Position numbers and translations under genes: made by a program. This document shows, piece by piece, positions 38,446-48,052 of a stretch of 51,628 bases of DNA. This DNA is from Candidatus Uhrbacteria bacterium. GTDB taxonomy: Bacteria; Patescibacteriota; Patescibacteriia; UBA9934; GWF2-40-263. Numbering within the stretch: position 1 is the stretch's first letter; every line of letters begins with the position of its first letter. The notes under the pieces are model-generated. The model searched no databases, was not told the DNA's origin, and worked only from the letters and a program-made list of their open reading frames with translations. Where the stretch lies: assembly GCA_016188495.1 (NCBI GenBank), contig JACPHU010000005.1, positions 1 through 51,628 on the forward strand, in the 5' to 3' direction.

Positions 38446-39720
38446 ATGATTGACATCAAACGTCTCCTTGAGGAGCCAGAACGTGTAGCTGCGAACAATG
38501 AACATCGTGGCAAAACCATTAATATTCAAGTTGCTCTTTCTTTAAATCAGCGCCGTTTAGTCCTTATTGAAGAAGTCCAATCGTTTCGCACCCGCGGAAA
38601 CGAAATTGCTTCCCGCATCCCATCCGTGACGTCACAAGATGAGCGAAAAGCATTGGTTGAGGAAGGCAAAATAATCAAAGAACAGGTCAAAGAAAAAGAA
38701 ACGGAACTCGCTCAGGTTGAAACCGAGCTTGCGCAAGAAATTCGTCGTTATCCAAATATCATGCGGGAGGATGTGCCGGTGGGAAAGGATGAATCGGCAA
38801 ATGAAGTTGTCCGCGTGTTTGGAGAACCGACTCAATTTTCTTTTGAACCGAAAGACCATTTGGATTTAGGTCAGGCGTTGGACATCATCGATATGGATGC
38901 CGCAGCCAATGTGTCTGGTGCTCGTTTTGTTTATTTGAAAGGAGACGGAGTCTTATTAGAGCTGGCGCTTTTGCAATACGCTCTTCAAGAAACCATGAAA
39001 GAGGGGTTTGTCCCTGTATTTCCTCCGCATCTGATTTCCACTGCGGCCATGGGAGCGATGGGGTATTTAGAACATGGGGGAGAGGACGAGATTTATCACT
39101 TGAAAAATGACGATCTGGTGCTGATCGGAACCTCTGAGCAGGCGATCGGTCCTATGCTCATGAATACGATTATCGACGAGGAAAAGCTTCCGGTTCGATA
39201 TGTTGGATTTTCCCCTTGTTATCGACGCGAGGCCGGAAGTTACGGCAAAGACACCAAAGGAATTTTGCGGGTCCATCAGTTTGATAAGATTGAAATGTTC
39301 AGTTTTACCTCGCCTGAGGTGTCAGATCAGGAACACGAGCTCATCCTTTCTCTTCAGGAGCGTTTAATGCAAGGATTAAAGCTCCCTCATCGCGTAATGA
39401 AATTGTGTACAGGGGACACCGGAGCTCCTTCTGCCCGCACCTATGACGTTGAAACCTGGATGCCGGCGCAGCATACCTATCGCGAGACTCATTCCACCTC
39501 CAACACGACCGATTTCCAAACGCGCCGTTTGAATACGCGTGTGCGTACCGAAGGGAAGAATGTGCTAGCGCATGCTCTCAATGGAACCGCCTTTGCGGTT
39601 GGACGAATTATTATTGCGATCATGGAAAATTATCAGCAGGAAGATGGATCCATCATTGTTCCAGAGGTCTTGCGTCCGTGGGTTGGAAAAGATCGACTGG
39701 TGAAGAAAGGAAAAAAATAA
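38446..39720 (+). CDS. serS: Seryl-tRNA synthetase
   Basis: MIDIK start, coiled-coil arm, LIGTSE, CYRREAGSYGKDTKGILRVHQFDKIE and HALNGTAFAVGR motifs. Confidence 0.98.
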   Translation: MIDIKRLLEEPERVAANNEHRGKTINIQVALSLNQRRLVLIEEVQSFRTRGNEIASRIPSVTSQDERKALVEEGKIIKEQVKEKETELAQVETELAQEIRRYPNIMREDVPVGKDESANEVVRVFGEPTQFSFEPKDHLDLGQALDIIDMDAAANVSGARFVYLKGDGVLLELALLQYALQETMKEGFVPVFPPHLISTAAMGAMGYLEHGGEDEIYHLKNDDLVLIGTSEQAIGPMLMNTIIDEEKLPVRYVGFSPCYRREAGSYGKDTKGILRVHQFDKIEMFSFTSPEVSDQEHELILSLQERLMQGLKLPHRVMKLCTGDTGAPSARTYDVETWMPAQHTYRETHSTSNTTDFQTRRLNTRVRTEGKNVLAHALNGTAFAVGRIIIAIMENYQQEDGSIIVPEVLRPWVGKDRLVKKGKK

Positions 39721-39843
39721 GGTTGTTCACATTGTGCATGTTTCATGAACATGAACACATAATACCGTTTTTTGTTCACACAATGATGTTCAGTGATTGA
39801 GAGATGTAAGAAAAAGGTTAACAAAAAAAGTTCTCAATTTAGC

Positions 39844-39874
39844 AAAAAACCGTTTGACGCTCAAACGGTTTTTT
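39844..39874. terminator. Bidirectional-type hairpin
   Basis: AAAAAACCGTTTGA-cgc-TCAAACGGTTTTTT. Confidence 0.75.
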
Positions 39875-40139
39875 GATTTCCTAACACTAGATCTACATCG
39901 ATCACTCTCTCGTTTGCAGGAGGAAACGTAAGAGGTCTCTCAACAACCTTCGGGTTTTCCAGAGGTCTCAACCGGAACGATAAAACGTTTCCAAATGCGT
40001 CGACGGGGTGAACGGTGGTGATGATCGTGAGCCGTTTTTCTGAAATAGGGGGCAGAAGAACGGGTCGACCCACACGGGCCGGTGCGCAAGATCTGGTGCG
40101 CCGCCCGGGAAGGTTGACCATTTTGGTACACCAACTCAT
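39861..40139 (-). CDS. Possible small hypothetical protein
   Basis: 92-aa ORF fills the gap divergent from the M23 gene and ends in the hairpin. No recognisable motif. Confidence 0.3.
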   Translation of the reverse strand: MSWCTKMVNLPGRRTRSCAPARVGRPVLLPPISEKRLTIITTVHPVDAFGNVLSFRLRPLENPKVVERPLTFPPANERVIDVDLVLGNQKTV

Positions 40140-40168
40140 GGACGCCTTTGCTCATGGGAGAGACCATC

Positions 40169-42115
40169 ATGCATTTTCATTGTTTGGAAACACTGGTTTT
40201 TCTTCTTGTCTCTTTTTTGTCCGCGGGTTTTATGGGCTGTACATCGCAGACTGTTACAGAAGATCAGATGTCAGATGAACAGGGTGGAAGCGACTTGCTG
40301 ATTCAGCTCCCTGTGTCCGCAGGAAAAGAGTTGTTGTGTACTCAAGGAGCCTTTGGTTCCTATAGCCACACTAGCGTCTCAACGCAATATGACATCGATC
40401 TGGATACGGATAATGCCAGCAGCGAGGAAGTTTTTGCTCCGGTAAGCGGTACGGTTTTTGTTCATACACAATCCGCAACATCCGGTTTTGGCTACCATAT
40501 CAATATCGATGTAGGAAATGAGAGCTATGTGGTGATCGCTCATTTGTCAGAGATTTTTTTAACCAACGGTCAGGAAGTGGCGTCCGGTCAGCTCATCGGT
40601 TATGAAGGCTGTACAGGTAATTGCAGCGGCGATCATATTCATATTGGCTTACACGAAGGAGACGCTGCGCAAGCGGCCCAATATGGAGTGTCTGTTCCCG
40701 CGTCTTATTGGGCAGCCAATGCCAGTGAACGTACAGGTTTTGAAGAGATTGTTTCTGAAGAATTCGTCTGCGGAGTCCAAACAGACAGCAGTTCTCATGA
40801 TGGGGATTTTTATGAGTCAGATTTACCCGTCACGCTGTGGCATCCAAATGGCGTTCTGGTAAAAACGCCAGACAATGCCCGTGTGTATGTGTTAGAAGAC
40901 GGGCGGCTTCGCTGGATGGAAAACGAGGATATTTTCTGGAGTTTCCATTATGACTTTGAAGATCTCCTTCTTATTTCCCATCAGGAGTTTGAGTGTTTGG
41001 GAGAAGGGGAGCAGATCGATGACCCGGGATATATCAATGCGTTCTTTGATACTCAGCAACAGCTTTGGCTGATCGTTGGGTCAAGTACGGATCCCAATCG
41101 TTATCGCGCTCGCGTTGATACCAAAGGATGGGAAAGCGTGATGGCTTCTTGGGGCCTTGCCTATGACTCAACTAATCCGCCTGAGACCTATGGTCAAACG
41201 AGTGGATATATTACCGATTGGCCTGTCAGTTCCCAGGTCGCTGGATTGCGGGACGGAACATTCGTGAAAGAGGAAGACGCTTCTGACGTGTATGTGATTT
41301 CAGATGGTCTAGCTCTTCCTGTGCAGAGTTGGGATGTGTACGTGCTCATGAACGCCTTTGCCCATTCTCTTTTAACGGTTGAAGATGGGTTGGTTGGGGA
41401 GCTGCATTCCGTGGGGAGTTGCGCAACAGACAACGGGTGTCTTGATCGCGTGGCCATCACGACCTGCGGCGGGGGAATGGATATCAGCGGTGGGGAGTCC
41501 GGGGGTTCTCCTCCTTCTGAAACTCCTTCTGAACAATCCACACCCGAGGATTCACCACAACCCCAACCAACACAGACCCCGGTCATTTCAGAACAAACAC
41601 CAGAACCCTCTCCTGATGATCCTATGGAAGACATTCCTGGGGCATTGGAGGACCTGTGTGAGGGGCAAGAAGCCTGTCTTGTTGATCAAAATAACGACGG
41701 ACTCGCAGAAACGCTCTTTATGGCACAAGACCTATGGCTTGCCAGTTCCATCGAGGGAATTCCTAGCTACGTCTACGGCAATGGCGGGTGTTTTGATGGG
41801 GTATTGACCTCTCAAGATCTTGTCCTTGCCAACGATTCCGGATATTACGAGATTGATTTTTCTCCTGTTTCACGTTCCTGTTCGGTTCAACTCACATTGA
41901 TTTCAAGTGAAGGTACCGATGAAAAGGATCCTGCCGCTGATATGAGTAATTGGTATTGGTGGCAGAACGCAAGCTTGTGTTCCATGGGTTCAAGTTTGTG
42001 TGAGCTTATGGATAACGGGACTGTCTGGGAAGAATGGCTCATCGCGGTTTCGTGGAATCTTGAAGCGGGACTGACAGCCAATGGAAATGGATTCACAGAC
42101 AATAGCCAATTCTAG
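40169..42115 (+). CDS. M23-family metallopeptidase lipoprotein with additional repeats
   Basis: Lipobox FMG-C, then H....YDIDL, VFAPVSGTV, AHL, GQLIGYEGCTG and HIHIG (HxH). Two G..VK.....VYV..DG repeats and a Pro/Ser/Glu linker follow. Confidence 0.85.
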   Translation: MHFHCLETLVFLLVSFLSAGFMGCTSQTVTEDQMSDEQGGSDLLIQLPVSAGKELLCTQGAFGSYSHTSVSTQYDIDLDTDNASSEEVFAPVSGTVFVHTQSATSGFGYHINIDVGNESYVVIAHLSEIFLTNGQEVASGQLIGYEGCTGNCSGDHIHIGLHEGDAAQAAQYGVSVPASYWAANASERTGFEEIVSEEFVCGVQTDSSSHDGDFYESDLPVTLWHPNGVLVKTPDNARVYVLEDGRLRWMENEDIFWSFHYDFEDLLLISHQEFECLGEGEQIDDPGYINAFFDTQQQLWLIVGSSTDPNRYRARVDTKGWESVMASWGLAYDSTNPPETYGQTSGYITDWPVSSQVAGLRDGTFVKEEDASDVYVISDGLALPVQSWDVYVLMNAFAHSLLTVEDGLVGELHSVGSCATDNGCLDRVAITTCGGGMDISGGESGGSPPSETPSEQSTPEDSPQPQPTQTPVISEQTPEPSPDDPMEDIPGALEDLCEGQEACLVDQNNDGLAETLFMAQDLWLASSIEGIPSYVYGNGGCFDGVLTSQDLVLANDSGYYEIDFSPVSRSCSVQLTLISSEGTDEKDPAADMSNWYWWQNASLCSMGSSLCELMDNGTVWEEWLIAVSWNLEAGLTANGNGFTDNSQF

Positions 42116-42210
42116 AAAGGAGGTGGAAGGGAGCGTAAAGAAAGCGTAACTTGTTTTTAAAATCAAAATGAAAAGGTGATGGTATGGGTGGTTAACCTTA
42201 CTCACAACGC

Positions 42211-42241
42211 AACCGGACATACGTATGTCCGGTTTTTCTTT
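42211..42241 (+). terminator. Palindromic terminator candidate
   Basis: Perfect 24-bp palindrome AACCGGACATACGTATGTCCGGTT followed by Ts. Confidence 0.7.
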
Positions 42242-42299
42242 CATTATCCCCATTGCGATGTCGGCGAAGATCTTTTTCGTGCTATACTTTTACTAGTTT

Positions 42300-45089
42300 A
42301 TGTCATGGGTTCTGTCCAAAATAAAGAAAATCCTTCACCAGAAATTACGAGCTGGACTCTTTTTTATTTCTTCTGTTCTTTTGTTTTTTGTCGGTTTGCC
42401 AGCTCATGCGGCAACTCTAAACGTGGATACCATCCTCCAGATGTTTGCCGAATTTGCGTTTGATATTGCCTCCGTCCTGACAAAAGCAATCGTGTTGCTC
42501 ATTGACGTCATGGTTCCAGTGATGACGTACAATAATTTCACAGGAAATCCTGTGGTGACGGCAGGTTGGGCCATTGTGCGCGATACCGTCAACATGTTTT
42601 TTGTGGTCGTTCTGATTATTATCGCGTTTGGAACGATTTTTGGACATTCTAAATTCAAATGGCAGCAACAGGTTCCCCGTTTATTGATTTTTGCCATCGT
42701 TATTAACTTCTCAAAGACATTGTGCGGAATCATGATCGATTTCGGGCAGGTGATCATGCTCACTTTTGCCAACGCACTTCGTGAAATCGCTGCCGGAAAT
42801 TTCATTCAGCTTTTGGGACTTAACCAAATTTATTCCGTAAGCCAGAGTTCTTCGGTCATTACCACCATTAAAGGCGAAGGCGGTTCCGGGGCTGGAAATT
42901 CTTTTGATTTTTTTGCCGCTGGTGTGATGTCCGTCATCCTCACGCTTTGGGTGTTAGGAACATTGATTATTCTTGTTGCTGTGCTGTTGTTTCGGATCAT
43001 CATGTTGTGGGTGTTGATTGTGATGGCACCTCTTGCCTGGTTTGTAGGTGGGGCCGGTGACATTATTAAGTCTGATGCCTATCAGGACTGGTGGAAGGAG
43101 TTTAAATGCATGGTGGCCGTAGGTCCTGTTCTCGCGTTCTTTTTATGGCTGACTCTTGCTGTTGCCGGAGCGGGAAACATTGCCGCAAACTCTGGATTTA
43201 ATGTGGGAACGAATTCAAACAATGCAGATTTCACCTCATCGTTGCTTGAATTAAATAATTTTCTCAGTTTCTTGATCGGCATGGCCCTGTTGTTTTCTGG
43301 ACTCAAAGCGGCTACGCAATTTTGTTCAGGCATGGCTGGCTCCATGATTAGTTCAGGCATCAATAAATATGCAAAACGCATTCCGCAAATCACCGCAGGT
43401 GTCTTAGGGGCGGGTGCGGCCACAGGTATTGGTCTTGGGTTAAAGGGGGGAAGCCTTGCCACGCGCGGAGTAGCTAAAGCTGCATATGCAACACCAGCAG
43501 TGCTTGCCGCTGCAGGACGATATGCCCCAGGTTCTGCCAAAGTTTCTCGTGCCATTAGTTCTGCAAAGGAAGGAGTAAAAACAGGAACTTACGGAGTATT
43601 AGAGAAATTTGGAAAGAAAACCGGTATTTCTCCGATTGAACGCATGGCCGCCAGAAGAAAAGGAACTGCTTCTGACACGGCTGGATTGGAGCGTGTGGCG
43701 GAAGTCAAGAAACAAAAAGAAGGTCTTAAAGGAATGTCACGTGATACGATTGCCGCTTTAGGAAGCAAATACGCAAATAATCCTTCTAGTACCAAAGTAG
43801 GAGAGGCAGAAGCCATGGCAATTATGGATCAAGCCATGGGAGATTCACGCTTGCAGAAGCAGTTGCGCGAATCAGGGGATCTTCAGAAGCTTTGGAAACA
43901 GCATGGAGAGAAATTTCAAAATGATTTTAAACATGATGCCGCAAAGACGGCTTCGATTAAGGATTTTAAGAAAGCAAATGCCGACTTTACCGGCAGTGCC
44001 GGCTTATTAAAGAATTGGGACGATGTGAAAGGTTTGCAAGACGATGCGTTGAAAGACGTGGATGTTCAAAAACATTTGAAACAGATGCAGTCCGGTTTTG
44101 TCACCAAGGACGGTCAGGCGATTTCTTCCTATGACGCGATTTTACAAGGTCGCGCAGATGCCAAGAAAGCCTCTCTTCTAGGAGGAATCGATGTTAAAAA
44201 TACAAACGTCGCTGAATTAAAAGCCGAGACGGAACTAGAAGGTCAGCTCGTACGGGCCTTAAATCACAATGACGTTTCGAGCGCGCAAAAAGTCATTACA
44301 GAAGTTGAGAAACGATATAATGATCCGGCAACATCCGATCAGGATCGATCCAGAATGGCTGTGTCTATGGATCGTATGCGTGCAAGTATTGCCAGAACTA
44401 AATCGCAGACGGCAATGGATACGCTGGCCGTATTTGATACCAAACGCTCGGCTATGGAAACCGCTTCCGGTTTAGGAGCTGTTCCTTTGATTGAGCGTGG
44501 AGACAGTCCTGAGTCGTATGTCACAGGACAATTTGGCGGAGCGACTCAGGGCCGCATCCAAAGGGCTATTGATCAATTTTCAACACAGGAATCTACGACC
44601 AGCGCGCAAGCGTCTCAATTGGAATCTCAGCGAGATGCATTGATTGGAACGCGCGCGGGTGTGTTGAAGCAGCGTATGGATCAAAAACAACAACAATTGG
44701 AAGCTGTACGCAGAAGAGTAGGAGCAGAGACTGAACAAGAAGTCACAAGGGCGATGCAAGATGTGCAGGCCGCTGAAGCCTTGCTTGCGGAAGCGCAAAA
44801 ATCAGGAGATGCCGCTGAAGTAGGTGCTGCGGAGAAAATGGTTCAGGATGCTCGCAATGTTCATGTTCAAAAGAAAATTCAAGCAGAAGATGCTGTAAAA
44901 GGTAATTTGGAATTGAATACGATTCAGTCAGAACTTGATAAAATGACTGATGCGGTGACCCAATTAAATCCAGAAGAGGTGGAGGGGGTAAAGGAAGCCA
45001 ATCGCCGAATCGCCGATCTTCACACACAGGCCGAAAAATTGAAAAAAGTACGTGAGCGTTTAGAGCAGCAAAAGGCAAAAAATGTTTAA
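42300..45089 (+). CDS. VirB6/TrbL-like polytopic membrane protein with a long C-terminal coiled-coil
   Basis: GWAIVRDTVNMFF, PRLLIFAIVINFS and RIIMLWVLIVMAPLAW..WWKEF patterns, a Gly/Ala-rich region, and position upstream of PrgI/VirB4. Confidence 0.75.
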   Translation: MSWVLSKIKKILHQKLRAGLFFISSVLLFFVGLPAHAATLNVDTILQMFAEFAFDIASVLTKAIVLLIDVMVPVMTYNNFTGNPVVTAGWAIVRDTVNMFFVVVLIIIAFGTIFGHSKFKWQQQVPRLLIFAIVINFSKTLCGIMIDFGQVIMLTFANALREIAAGNFIQLLGLNQIYSVSQSSSVITTIKGEGGSGAGNSFDFFAAGVMSVILTLWVLGTLIILVAVLLFRIIMLWVLIVMAPLAWFVGGAGDIIKSDAYQDWWKEFKCMVAVGPVLAFFLWLTLAVAGAGNIAANSGFNVGTNSNNADFTSSLLELNNFLSFLIGMALLFSGLKAATQFCSGMAGSMISSGINKYAKRIPQITAGVLGAGAATGIGLGLKGGSLATRGVAKAAYATPAVLAAAGRYAPGSAKVSRAISSAKEGVKTGTYGVLEKFGKKTGISPIERMAARRKGTASDTAGLERVAEVKKQKEGLKGMSRDTIAALGSKYANNPSSTKVGEAEAMAIMDQAMGDSRLQKQLRESGDLQKLWKQHGEKFQNDFKHDAAKTASIKDFKKANADFTGSAGLLKNWDDVKGLQDDALKDVDVQKHLKQMQSGFVTKDGQAISSYDAILQGRADAKKASLLGGIDVKNTNVAELKAETELEGQLVRALNHNDVSSAQKVITEVEKRYNDPATSDQDRSRMAVSMDRMRASIARTKSQTAMDTLAVFDTKRSAMETASGLGAVPLIERGDSPESYVTGQFGGATQGRIQRAIDQFSTQESTTSAQASQLESQRDALIGTRAGVLKQRMDQKQQQLEAVRRRVGAETEQEVTRAMQDVQAAEALLAEAQKSGDAAEVGAAEKMVQDARNVHVQKKIQAEDAVKGNLELNTIQSELDKMTDAVTQLNPEEVEGVKEANRRIADLHTQAEKLKKVRERLEQQKAKNV

Positions 45090-45092
45090 AAG

Positions 45093-45115
45093 AGACCTCT
45101 GCAATGCAGAGGTCT
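45093..45115. repeat. Short palindrome matching the outer arms of repeat copy C
   Basis: AGACCTCTGCA-a-TGCAGAGGTCT, compared with copy C ends AGACCTCTACA...TGTAGAGGTCT. Confidence 0.55.
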
Positions 45116-45126
45116 AAAAAGTGTTT

Positions 45127-46764
45127 ATGGTTGAGGAGGTTTCAACAACACAATCATCGCAAACAATAGACGAGAGAGTCGTTTCTGTTTTGCGTAGCGC
45201 TTCAACGTTCCAGTCATACGAAAAATTGTTGAAAGGGGTTGGGGTGCAAGATCCCAATCCCGCCTTTTTGGGCTTGGAAGTGTTTCGTCTTGTTCAAGGG
45301 AAAAAAAATGCCTCGTCGTTTATTCAGGTGCTGAAAGACGAATTAAGCCTTTCCGATGTCCAAGCGCGAACACTCGCTATTTCCATAGGTGCAGACCTTT
45401 TGCTTCCTTTAAATTCTTTTCTCTCCATCCCCGTGGGAACTCTCATGAAGGAATGGGGATCAAGTAGTGATGCATCACAGGAACTTTCACCAGAAACTTC
45501 TGTCACGGCGTACGTATCTTCCTTGCCTGGGGTTGAGGATGAACGTATGCGCCACCGATTTATCTCCATTCTCGTTCATTACGCGAAAGAGGATCGTTCC
45601 AGAGAAGAAACGAAGCTTCGTTTAATGGAGCCCATCTCGTTTAATGGACTTGGGTTTGATGAAGCGTTGGCGGAACAAGTTTTATCTGATTTTGATAAGA
45701 GCCATCAAGAAAAACGGCTTCAAAAAAAGCAGCAGATTACTGAGGTTTCTCAAGCTCCCGTGATCGAGACATTTACTCAAGAGGATGCAACAGAACTGGC
45801 TCAGGTCCAAACGCGCACATCAGATATTTTGAATGAAAAAGGTCCCGCGGATATTCCTTCTATGGTGAATGATATTTGCAAAGACCCCTCGTTTCATTTT
45901 GAAGAGCCAGTTTTACAGGATCGTTGTCGAACACTTATCGAATCCCGCGTGCGCGAGGTAAGGGATGCTGTCCAGGTCCGTTCGCAGCTTGAACGATCTA
46001 TCGATAAGGGCGGTCTAGGAGTTTCTGGTCGGCGCTTGGCAGATCTTTTAGAGAGGTTAGAGCATCACGTGGAGGTCTATCAGAGTCTTTTAGCTAAAGA
46101 ACAAAAGCAAGAGCAAACACAGGAACAGGAAGCAGTACAAATGAAAAAAGAAGAGAAAGCCCAAGCTCTTGAGCAGCACGCTCAAAAAGAAGAGCAGGTG
46201 TTATCCAAGCGTTACATTAGCCTTACAGGAAAAATGCCTACAGAACGGGTTTTGCCTGTGGCTCCTCCCATGAGCCGCACAAGTGCCGCTATTTCTGCGC
46301 AACACGAACTTTTGCAACATGAAGGCAAAATTGATGTGGCAAAGGTTCGGGCCGTTGTGGAGCAGGCAAGAGATCAACGTCCAGTTGCCTCTCAACCTAT
46401 CGGACGGCCAACCATGCAGGAGGTGACGTTCATCAAACGTCTTTCCGGGCCGCTGGATGAGTTGCGTGCATTAACGCTGGTTGATTTTCGGCGTCTTTCT
46501 CGCGATCCGATTCAATCGGCAATGAAAGTCAAAGATAAAGTTGATTTGATGGAAGAACAAGGATACGACAAGAAGGTTGAGGCGGTTGCCGCCTGGCGTT
46601 CTTCGCCAGTGAACCAGCTGTACGTCCAATTAACACGAGAGGCCGTCTTAAAAGGAATTTCTGTGAAAGATCTTCTCTTCCAAAAACGCGAACAAAAACA
46701 GGAGACATTTTCTGATGAGGAGTTGAATGCTCTCATGCAGCTGAACGCCGATCTTAGATTCTGA
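45127..46764 (+). CDS. Hypothetical soluble protein within the T4SS-like cluster
   Basis: Long helical ORF with internal repeats L..PI..NGLG / L.RSI.KGGLG and C-terminal GPLDELR.LTLVDFRRL. Confidence 0.85.
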   Translation: MVEEVSTTQSSQTIDERVVSVLRSASTFQSYEKLLKGVGVQDPNPAFLGLEVFRLVQGKKNASSFIQVLKDELSLSDVQARTLAISIGADLLLPLNSFLSIPVGTLMKEWGSSSDASQELSPETSVTAYVSSLPGVEDERMRHRFISILVHYAKEDRSREETKLRLMEPISFNGLGFDEALAEQVLSDFDKSHQEKRLQKKQQITEVSQAPVIETFTQEDATELAQVQTRTSDILNEKGPADIPSMVNDICKDPSFHFEEPVLQDRCRTLIESRVREVRDAVQVRSQLERSIDKGGLGVSGRRLADLLERLEHHVEVYQSLLAKEQKQEQTQEQEAVQMKKEEKAQALEQHAQKEEQVLSKRYISLTGKMPTERVLPVAPPMSRTSAAISAQHELLQHEGKIDVAKVRAVVEQARDQRPVASQPIGRPTMQEVTFIKRLSGPLDELRALTLVDFRRLSRDPIQSAMKVKDKVDLMEEQGYDKKVEAVAAWRSSPVNQLYVQLTREAVLKGISVKDLLFQKREQKQETFSDEELNALMQLNADLRF

Positions 46765-46767
46765 TAG

Positions 46768-46897
46768 GAGATCTTTTAAAAACTCGCGATCTTGCCTTTC
46801 ACGGGCGCCCACCGACCCCGCTCAACGTACGTTTTGGTACGTTGAGCGGGGTGCGGAGCCCGTTCAAGACAATCTCATCGAGTTTTTAAAAGATCTC
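46768..46897 (+). repeat. Structured intergenic repeat, copy E (130 bp)
   Basis: 19-bp IR GAGATCTTTTAAAAACTCG/CGAGTTTTTAAAAGATCTC with the same core. The apical hairpin is of the copy-A class. Confidence 0.9.
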
Positions 46898-46912
46898 TGA
46901 TAAAATACGTAC

Positions 46913-47344
46913 ATGCCAGAACAGTATGTGATTCCACAATTTATCGATGCAGAAGACAAAATCTTTGGGCCAATCACCGCAAGACAGTTTATTATTCTCA
47001 TCGTGGTTTTTTTAATCGATTTCATTCTGTTCCGTCTCCTGTCCTTTACCACCTTTTTACTTATCGGTATTCCGTTGATTGCTATAGGAGGAATTGTCGC
47101 TTTTGTGAGGATTAACGGGGCACCATTTCATTATTTTTTATTGAATATTATTCAAACGCTCAAAAAACCCCGATTGCGGGTTTGGAGCCGAGAATATACA
47201 GACAGCGAACTTCGTGAACTTATTAAGATCGAACCTCCAGTCCCTTCTATTCGTGTGAGACGCAAAGCCTTTACCGCCACATCCCGTTTGCAAGAAATTA
47301 CCTTGGTTGTGAATACGGGCGGTATCTACAAACCGGAGGAATAA
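46913..47344 (+). CDS. PrgI-family (VirB3-like) membrane protein
   Basis: QYVIPQFIDAEDKIFGPITARQF, two TM segments, ING.PF and P.LRVW. Confidence 0.85.
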   Translation: MPEQYVIPQFIDAEDKIFGPITARQFIILIVVFLIDFILFRLLSFTTFLLIGIPLIAIGGIVAFVRINGAPFHYFLLNIIQTLKKPRLRVWSREYTDSELRELIKIEPPVPSIRVRRKAFTATSRLQEITLVVNTGGIYKPEE

Positions 47345-47347
47345 CGT

Positions 47348-48046
47348 ATGCAATCAAAAAAACTTGCCAAACCAAAACCAGGACCTTCGACAGAACGCTT
47401 TCTTGATATCGCTGAAATTCGGGATGATATGGTTTTGTTAAAAGACGGAACTGTACGAGCGGTTTTGCTGGTTTCAAGCATTAACTTCGCCCTGAAGTCT
47501 GTCGAAGAACAGGAAGCCATCATTCAGGCGTACATGACATTTTTAAACTCGTTGGAATATCCTCTTCAGATTGTCATCCAGTCCAGGCGCATGAACATCG
47601 ATGCGTACATGAACAGACTGATTGAACAGGAACGAATCATGACTAACGATCTTCTGCGTGGGCAAATTGCCGAATATCGAAGTTTTATTACGGAGCTTGT
47701 GGAACTTGGGCAGATCATGCAGAAAATGTTTTATCTGGTCGTGCCTTATGATCCGTTGACCAATAAGAAGAAAAATTTTTGGACGCGTTTTTCTGAGGCA
47801 CTTTCTCCAGCCTCTTCAGCCAAATTAAATAAAGAACAGCTTGCAGACCGGATTGAACAGCTGATGCGTCGGGTTGAGCTCGTGGGAGGACAGCTCAATA
47901 GTATGGGCCTGTCTTCTGCCAGGCTCGATACCCAGAGTTTGATCGAGCTTTATTATGATGTGTATAACCCGGATTTGTTTGAAACAGAGCGATTTGCCGA
48001 TGTAAATCAAATTCAGGTTGAAGAAACCAGTCATCTACAGACGTAA
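47348..48046 (+). CDS. T4SS-associated protein (resembles a detached VirB4/TraC N-terminal region)
   Basis: I.EIRDD.VLLKDG..RAVLLVSSINFALKS.EEQ, FLNSL.YP.QIVIQSR; lies between PrgI and VirB4. Confidence 0.7.
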   Translation: MQSKKLAKPKPGPSTERFLDIAEIRDDMVLLKDGTVRAVLLVSSINFALKSVEEQEAIIQAYMTFLNSLEYPLQIVIQSRRMNIDAYMNRLIEQERIMTNDLLRGQIAEYRSFITELVELGQIMQKMFYLVVPYDPLTNKKKNFWTRFSEALSPASSAKLNKEQLADRIEQLMRRVELVGGQLNSMGLSSARLDTQSLIELYYDVYNPDLFETERFADVNQIQVEETSHLQT

Positions 48047-48052
48047 CGCGCT

